From Selaginella moellendorffii (lineage: Eukaryota; Plantae; Lycopodiophyta), in contig NW_003314469.1 in the NCBI RefSeq assembly GCF_000143415.4, positions 1 through 31,053 of the forward strand: DNA of 31,053 nucleotides. The letters run 5' to 3'. Under the pieces are notes generated by a model that was not told where the DNA came from, did no database searches, and saw only the letters and a list, made by a program, of their open reading frames with translations. Both the position numbers and the translations under genes were made by a program. Numbering within the stretch: position 1 is the stretch's first letter; each line of letters starts with the position of its first letter. This document shows positions 22,201 through 31,053 of the stretch, in pieces.

Positions 22201-24452
22201 GCGCATGCGAAGTAAGCTCGAGTTTATTGTAACGTAGTGTTGTAAATTTGGAAAGAAATTAAAAGTCTTTGGTTGGAAACAAATTAAGAGTTTCCACCAT
22301 GGGATCTAGTGTTGAAGATCGATTGTGAGAACTTTGGTGCGCCTGCATGGAAGAAAAGAAAACAAATGAGGAACAAAAACTGATCGAGTTTTTCTTTGTT
22401 TTTACCTTGTTCTCCTGCATAGATGGGGATCTCATACAGCTTTTTAGATGCCATGCCAGATAAAAGCTTATGGTTATGAGACGAATGGATCATGCGGACA
22501 GTATGGTCGAAAGGCTACTTGCTGGTGTTGCAGTGGCAGTGGTGGATGCTGAGGTTACGGAGGTGTCACAACCACAGCTGCTGCTGGTTCTTCACAGAAC
22601 CTGTTGATCCAAGATCATCCTCAACGCACTTCTTTTTGGCTTTTTGGTCACCTCACAGAACAGTGATTGTCTAAAGAAGTTTTTTTTTTTCTATTCCAGG
22701 ATAATCTCCAACATTCAGGAACTTCTCTTGTATCGCGTGGTCAATTTCTTGAGCTCCTTGCTTGGCATTTTGGAATTTTGGGGCCTTATTTGTAGATACC
22801 ATGCTTCATCAAAATCCATAGTTTGAACTAAAGGTTTCTTTTGTGTGGAGCACTGTCTTGAAGATCGTAGGTATAGGGATATTCCCATATATCAAGTCTT
22901 GGTAAATCACCATTTCCCTTGTCCAGAAGTCCCAAATCCAACACCTCTGGAAGTATCATTTGATTTCTTTTGTGAATTTTATTTTTATGCATATATTTTA
23001 TAAAGGTGGGAATATATTGATATTGTAAGTGAACTTAGTATATTTAAGAAAATCATGTAAAATTCTTTTTGAACTTGACCTAAAATATAAGACTAATATA
23101 AAATAAATAAATTATAATACTATAGAATGAAATATAGAAAGAATGATGGTGAAAAGTTTTGAGGGATTTCCTTCATAGTGGGTTTAGTGTCCTTCAGATT
23201 TATAGAGAAGTTAATTGAGTTTTATCTTGGATGGAATTCTTGTTAATTAAAGCATATCACTATTGATTATAATTAGTTATACAACACTACCAGTAAATCA
23301 ATCTAGTAAGAAATGTTACAAATAAACATATAAAATAACATTATTATATTCATAATAGGATTTAAACTTTTTAGCAAAGTATGTATTAAGGATAAGATCT
23401 TTAAACCCATTGCTAATCCAATAGAAATGAATGTCCAAAGATTGTAATAGTAACTAATGAAAAAGTAGTCAAGCTAATGTACACAAAGAAATTGAAGTAG
23501 TGCAACTGAAGTTTGTTAATTCTTGAAGTGTTTTTACAATAGATAGTGAATCTGACTAATACATTACTGACACTATAGTGCATTACACTAAGAGTACATA
23601 TCATACCATAATTTTCTCATTAAACATAAATATAAAAATAAATGAAGTCACATTCTACTACCTTTTAATATTTATAAATAATTGTATGGAGAAAATAAAC
23701 TTACTCATAAAAGTTCTCTATATAACTATTTTTAAGCATGGAAAATTTTCAAGAAATGAGACCATATGAGTCTAAAATATTTTGAAGATTAAACATCGAT
23801 TATAAACATAATTAAAATATTAAAATATTAATTTATTATTTAAAAACATAGATCTAACACATTACTATATACATAATAATATTAGCATAATTTATATATG
23901 ATAATATATTTATGATAATTCATTAACATTTTCAGTATACAATATACATAAGGTTAACTTCTTTTGTAATTGCATATTTAAAAAATATACTTTTTGTATC
24001 AATCTTATAATTTGTGACTAAAGTGTTAGTTTTTTTCATTTTATTGACTCTACTTCATGATTCTCTTGTATTACAAATTAGATTGTTCAAACCTAGATTT
24101 TAAAGAACTTAAAACTAAAGATTATGAAATTAAATTTAACTACTATATACATGAATAATTAAAATATATATTTTGTTGCAAGAACCACTGCTTTCTTCTA
24201 GGTATAAGAAATTTTTGGCTTTAATAATACTATAGAATACCATTATCTAGATAAAATATATAATAAATAAACAATTTTTAAACAACATTATAAAAAAGAA
24301 ACATATTTTCAGCTGGGAATATAACATATAAAATGGATTTTGTGGAAAATGCTAATCTTGAAGACTAAAAATGATTTATAACATTATTCTTATTTATAAA
24401 GATATTAAAAATAATGATATTTTAATATATCCTCATGAATATTTTGTTTCAT

Positions 24453-24505
24453 TATATATACATATATATACATATATATACATATATATACATATATACA
24501 TATAT

Positions 24506-24540
<35 letters not shown>

Positions 24541-24543
24541 TAT
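24453..24543 (+). repeat. Compound (TA)n/(CATATA)n microsatellite
   Basis: Read directly. Confidence 0.92.
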
Positions 24544-26349
24544 TCTCTATTTTATTATTATCATTGCATTGTAAAGTAGTGATTATTAGTGACATTATTA
24601 GCATTTTCTGAAGACTATAGTGGTGAGTGATATAATGGAGTTTCTTTGTTTAAAAGAAGTAAACTTGTATTCTCATAGAAGTGTGAAAATGTCATGATGT
24701 GTGACAAAATTACATATTTTTTGTTACTGCTCTAATCCCAATTTCCAATGCATGCCATTAATATTACTGCAATAGTAATATAACTATTCAGTAGCTATGT
24801 TATTAATAATTAAAAAGCTGTATTATTTGAATTTATTAAGATTATTGTGAAATTTTTTTTAAAAAATTATATCATCATTTAAATTTATAGTATAAATTCT
24901 AAATTTAATTTTTTTAAGCTATCTGCTATTTGTATGACATGTGGTTTCTCCTTTTTCTTTATCTATTTTAAATTTTTATCGTGCTCATTGAACAGCCGAC
25001 CACTTGATAAGATTTAACACCCTTTCAGCTGTTGAATCTGTGATAATAACAAATACAACTCAAAAACAAAATTAGTCTATGCTATCAATTTTTTACCCAA
25101 GGAACTTCATGTGCTTGGATGTACCAGCAAGGACTCCTTAGCTTATGGAACTGCAGAAGGTAGCTCGAGTTTTTCTTTCATCTCTGAGAAGAAGCTAACA
25201 AAGCTTTTGCTTGTAGTAACCTGAGCATAGATGGTGAAAACTGGTGGCAAGGCCATGCACATGCTTACTCAATTCCCAGCCAAGGCACTGTTAAAAGGAT
25301 TGATTCACCAGGTTTAATATTTGTAGCATCACAAGTCTCCCTGCAAGCTGACTTGGTCACTCGGAGAAACTGAGAGACAGTCTACTTCGTGATTGAGTTG
25401 AAGGAACTCAAGTTGGTTTTTTGGTTGTTGTTGCTGTTTGTGGGATTGAAACACCAGAGGATCTTCTCATAGATTGCCTGGGACATGAATGCAACACTGA
25501 TTTTCAGGGGTTGTTCATGTAAGTAGTACTCATTTCTTACAAGTTTGATACTCTACGCAGGTTGGGTCATTTGTCTGACACAGCAAGGCGTGAATTTCAT
25601 CGTTAGCATGTAGCTCTAGATCATAAAAAAAATTTGGTTTTTTTACTTCCATACTTGGTCCCGGTGGGAGTGTGAAAGCTTTTTTCTCAGCTCTACCAGA
25701 CACTTGCTGGGCGGGAATGATGGTACATATGCATGAGTTTTTCTCTAGTGTTTTCAATCTCTTTCTCTTTCTTGAGCAACTATGGCAATGCTTTCCAAAA
25801 CTTATACACTTATGGCGGATACAGCATTCTTGCATTGATGCTGTTATTGCCTACATCTTTGAAGATAACAGCACATAGATGATAATTTGATAACATCACT
25901 TGGTATCAAATCAAAATCTGGATTTGATCATTTGTAATCTGGATCTATAATACAGCACACTTAGGGATGGACGGTTGCCTGTGAAAGTCTGCAAGAACAA
26001 GGTAACTGTAGAGCTGCAAGGAATGAACCTTCAGGAACTTACTCTATGAGGAATCAAATAATCCAGAACACCTTCTGCTCAAGGTTCCTCGGGGATATGA
26101 AGAAAGAAACATTTAGACTGCGAGAGATTCCTTAATGACCTTGCCATAAGCAAACACGTCTGCTTGGGCATATAAACTCGTTGTTTGTTATGACAATTTA
26201 CTGACAATCTCATCTGAATGAATCGTCAGCCTGTGGTCACGAGAGTAATAACAATCATACTTCTCAAAATCACTGATTGCTGTCTTTTGATGATTCCAAT
26301 GAAGTCGCACAGAACAACTTGATGTTTGTTACTATCTGAAAGTACTAAG

Positions 26350-26680
26350 CTCTCCTTCACCAAGGCGCAAAAACGCAGAAAAGCGAGAGTGTTGAGGCTG
26401 ATATCGTCACAAAACTTGTTTTCTTATGAACGCAAGAATGCCATTCACAGTCTGTGAATATTGTGTTCTCGGTTTCAGTAATGTGTTGAAAGTTATTTCT
26501 GGCAACGTTCTCCACCAGTTCAAATGCAAGATGCATAATGCCGCTATCTCTATCTGTTGTAGCAGTAATAAAAATCTGTAATTGATAAAGCATTGATACC
26601 TTGTCTTAAATTACTCAAAACTTTGTTACCATAACCATAATTTTCCAGCCAGATTTTACGTTGCCTACTCGGATCCTGCC
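26350..26680 (-). pseudogene. BIG-family ARF-GEF internal fragment (two exons)
   Basis: NVKSGWKI | IFITATTD..IMHLAFELVE...HITETENTIFTDC; DISLN..AFLRFCA. Confidence 0.8.
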
Positions 26681-27099
26681 TCTGTTGAGACCTGTGGCAC
26701 TCAGGAGGAACCTGGCAACCTCTTCAGGAATTTTCTCCACTTCTTGGCTTTTACAAGGAAATCAATACTCATGCAAGGCTTCTGGTTGAATAGTATGATT
26801 CCTTTCTGCATAGTGTAAAAAGCTTGTAATTGAATGCCCAGTCCTTCATGCATCCCTGGTGTATAGGGTGGAAAAGTTACAGAAGAAATTTTCAGCACTG
26901 GCGCTCTCTTACAATGAAGAAGGGATAGAGATTACCTGAAGCTCAAGGTTGTGAACACGTCTTTGACTGCATTTAAGTTGATGCTTGATCTGTTTCTGAT
27001 TCTAATGGTTCAGTGGTCTCATCCCCGACTTCTGTAGCAATAGCTCCTGCCATGGATATGCTTAGAGTGTCCGGTTCATGAAGTGGGAATGTCTACTTC

Positions 27100-27930
27100 A
27101 ATGCCATAATTTCTCGCAAAGACAATGAAACTATGAAACTATAGCAATGAAACTATAACTCCGATATCATGTCCTGCAGAAATAGGTTTCTTGCCAATAA
27201 GGTCCTGTCCGCAGAAAAATCCAGATTGTTTAAAAAAGAAAACCGATGAATGTCATGATCACCTGTGTCGCATTGAAGGCACGTTTTAAATATTTCAACG
27301 TCCAGGCAAGTATCACTAATCCGCATAGTGGAAGCTAGCAAGGAAAGAAAACCACAGTTTGTCTGACCTGATAAAAAAATTGGGCCAGTGCAAAACCTCC
27401 TAGACGACCTTTGCCAGTCCCAACAAAAGAACAATTTCCTCTCCAATCTGGAAGAAGCAAGTAATCAGATTTGAATGAAAGGATATGAATTTCAGTACCT
27501 TCAAATCAGGGGTGAAGATGAGTGTAATGTCTGGACAAGTCACATACGACTAATGACGAGATTCGCAAGTGCCTTGACAGTTTCACCACCTGCTTGAGCA
27601 GCCATTGACAAGCTGTCCTTTCCACCTTCCATTGCAACCTCAAGCTCGATCACAGTGTCACGAAGAGCAACAGCAGGATTGTACATATATGTCGGAATCA
27701 AGTTCAACCTGCAAAGTTAAACAGATCATAAGGTGTGTAAACACAATTAAGATGAGAGTACCTTAGCCCAAACAAGATTCGTCAAAGCTTCTCCAAGCGC
27801 CAGCCTAGCCATAGCTGCAGGATTCAGCAGTCCCTGCAAATTGTCTTCAGAAAAAAGTAAAGAATTTTCAATCTACCTTGATCGGTTGTTCACCAATAGC
27901 GCATGCACCATGTTGCACTTAGCAAGCTTG
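27100..27930 (-). pseudogene. PUR4: Phosphoribosylformylglycinamidine synthase internal fragment
   Basis: GACAIGEQPIK | GLLNPAAMARLALGEALTNLVWAK | EGGKDSLSMAA..TCPDIT..TPDLK | RLGGFALAQ | ISAGHDI; frameshifts; short introns. Confidence 0.88.
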
Positions 27931-28664
27931 GACACATCCTTGACATGTTCATGGAGTCACATGAAACCATGGAGTTTGTGGATGCGTCGCTTCTTCCACC
28001 TCACAGCCAGCTCCTGGAGAACGTTTGTGGATTGCAGAGACTTTGGAATCTGGCCGGATGGGAAATACAGGGGCGATGATCCGGCCTGCACACAGCAAAA
28101 ATGTTTAGAGACAAAACAACGACAAAGGTTTTATTGCACCTTTGGTTTGCAATAATCTATGAAAGACCATCGCAGTCTCTTGATCTTCCAAAGTCATTTC
28201 AAACAATGACATGACCACTGAGTGAGTATAAATATCCTTCCTTCAACAAGACTGTATGGCACAGAAAATGTGGCGAACAGGAGTGGTTGCCAGTGGGAAA
28301 GTCGTCATGGAGCTGGAGCTTGTGTTCTTCAGACTGTCCACCTTTGACCTGTCCCAGGCAAGGTGCGTGTGTCGTGAATAGCGATGAGCAATCCACAATC
28401 CTGGCTTTCGCAAAGGGTATGCACACGCCCACCAAAGGCAGCTTGTCCTGTATGAATTTGCCCGATCGCCCTAAAAAATTTCACTTGATTTGGAACGTCA
28501 TTAATTGAAGCATTGCCACCCCTTTAGCACCTGATCTTTGCTATCTATTTGAAGGCTTTGAATTTCAACCGTTAGATTATAAGCATATTCAAAAATAATA
28601 TTCTAAAAATGGAATAAAAGACGCCGGATGCCATATGCCAATAGCACGTTTAAATAAGGGAGTA

Positions 28665-31053
28665 CTAGCAAAAGTCCCAGCTACGCTGGGAGCATTGTGT
28701 TTATTTCTGATATTTTAATAATTTCAAAGAGTTGTAAGCGTATTTGTAATTTTTAACATAATCATAATTATAAGATATATAGTTAAAAATAACATAATAT
28801 TTATATTAAAAATATCTTCTACAATTGACTCCATCACCAACAAACATCATAACATAATAAATATAACTCAGTACATTATATTATATTTAAAATTCTGATT
28901 GTTGACTGAAGTCTTGGATATTCTATAAATGGAATTTCTCACTGTGGGATCCCATGGCCAGATGAGTCATTTTTTATTAACTAATTCTTTCTTTTATTTG
29001 AAATCTCTATATAATTGATAAAAATCTTATTATTTGATGATTTATTAAACTATATAATTTCTCCTCTTAATAAAGTATGTGTTACTTAGGTACACTCAAT
29101 TATAATGATGTTAAAAATATATTTAATATATATTCAAAAACTCACTTAAAGTGCATACATCTTTTAAATTTAAAATATATAAACATTGTTATGGAGTTTC
29201 TCTTTTCATCATTTCACACTGAAAGTTTTGGAATTGCATAATAATAAGTGAAAGACGTTAGCTTTATGTGTTATATTTTCTTTTTAAACTTTTAATATTT
29301 TACATATTTATCATTGATACTCCCTTTTTACCTAATATTTATATTCATGTATTTTGAGAGTAATATTTAAAATATAAAGTATTCTATTATATATCATAAA
29401 CATTATTTCTGTATTTATTTTTATAAATCCGAAATAATATTATTATTTATTTATATTCATGCTTTTATATTTAAAATTAAGGCTTTATAACACTGTTATG
29501 AATGCTGAAAGTTTATGATGATAAATGAATGGTAATTTTTTACTCTATACTGGGGTAGAGTAGGGTTTGATTATATATAATCTTTTCTTTATGCTAGAGC
29601 TATAATATATCAGAAAATTCATGAATGGTATATAGATAGGTTTAATATCATATAATTAAAATTCTGTATATGGTCCATGTACTAATGTTGTCTCAACCAT
29701 ATTTATACCTTATTATGTTTTTCATGTATAAATGCAATGTAGGATAAAGTGGTAGAAAATTTATGATATTATATAAATCTTAGACTACATCTTAGCCAAC
29801 CATAAGTTTACTAATAAGAAAATATTTTACACAAAAAATATCTAGAACTATTAACTCCATATTTTAAGTTAGAAAATATCATATTTTTATAGAAATTACT
29901 TTTTTTATATTCTAATTTAGATACCATTTTAAAAATTATATTTAGTACTTTTTAAAATTTATTTAAAAAGATTAGTTAAAATTACATTATATTTTGTTTA
30001 GAATTATTTTTTCCATATTTGTATTCGATATCCTCTCCCTTCATAATATTTACATTTTTGCTTTTTAGAAGTACTATCTAAAGGTTAAAGTATTATATTT
30101 TATATCATTAATATTCTTTGTGCATATGTTTTTATATAGAGAGAATGCTAAAATGAATTAAGATTATTACCTTTATGTTTAATTTATTTTTATATAAATT
30201 TACATTGAGGCTAAAATCTTTCAATGAAAGTTATGTTTTTATCCTGTTATTATGGTATTGATGATTCATAATATTGTTTTTCTCCTAAAACCATAACATA
30301 TCAGAAAATAAAAAAATGGTCCATTGATTGCTTTATTAAAAATAAAATTTTAAGTGATGATGAATCACATTTTTTAAGATGGTAGCCTTTTGTATTGTGT
30401 CTAATATTGTCTCAATTAGCTCAGATATAGTCTCATATTTGTGCAATATCATAAAAATAAAAATGATAAGATTATGATAAAAGAATAACTTATTTACAAG
30501 ATATAATAGCTGGAGCTATTCAACTCTTCTATTTTAAGTTATAAAATATATCATTTCTATAGTCACTACTTTATTTACTTTTAACTTTATAGTATATATT
30601 TTATTGTGTGTACTATATACCATCTTTGTAAAAAAATTATGTTTAATTTGAATAATGTAGCATTGAATTAATCAGATACTCTTTGTTCTATAAAGTTTTT
30701 ATTCTATAGAAGAAAGAGTATATGATTTATTTTGATAATACATGTTTAAACATATTGAAAATATTTTTTTAAAAAAATATATCGTGCATAGTAGACATAA
30801 TAAAAAAATTCATCAATAAAAACCATCTTTGTACAACTAAATGTTTAAAGTTTTGAACCTAGTGCATTATATTATCTTGGATCAGTTGTCTAATTGCCTT
30901 TTATATGTATTACAATATCACTTATGCCTCCTTGAAAATTTGTTAATTTTAACACTTCATTCTCTATTTCTTACAATATTGTGAATGCATTAGCATAGGG
31001 ATTTATCTCTTTTAATAATTTATCAAGACCACCCATTAGTGCTCATGCATAAA
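28665..31053 (-). mobile_element. Degenerate AT-rich Helitron; 3' end at 28665, continues beyond the window
   Basis: Minus strand TCCCAGC-GTA-GCTGGGA hairpin (28675-28691), then CTAG|T; 30860-31053 is homologous to RepHel sequence at 8712-8905. Confidence 0.8.

Noticed and set aside
22960-24950. AT-rich tract as a further Helitron
   Set aside because: No convincing RepHel motif or terminus recognised

Overview
Eukaryotic, plant-type genomic DNA: CCCTAAA repeats, very short GT-AG introns and a ciliary DNAAF5 homolog suggest a flagellated-sperm land plant, possibly a Selaginella-like lycophyte (inference). The region is transposon-rich. The only long intact gene is a 1022-aa ORF (1985-5053) resembling a Sola-like/DUF7869 DDE transposase, with two N-terminal TnpA-like repeats and a C-terminal BAH/Tudor-like domain. 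About 13 copies of a 22-bp palindrome (ATGGCATGAGGCCTCATGCCAT) lie upstream, inside and downstream of it, including a 192-bp loopless hairpin. The rest is a mosaic of Helitron remnants (two clear hairpin+CTAG 3' ends), decayed host-gene fragments (CYP88/KAO, DNAAF5, RING-CH, SERINC, BIG ARF-GEF, PUR4) and a 5'-truncated Ty3/gypsy chromovirus. Its integrase is interrupted by two ~50-nt GT-AG intron-like inserts whose removal restores conserved motifs. All family calls come from manual motif recognition, not database searches.
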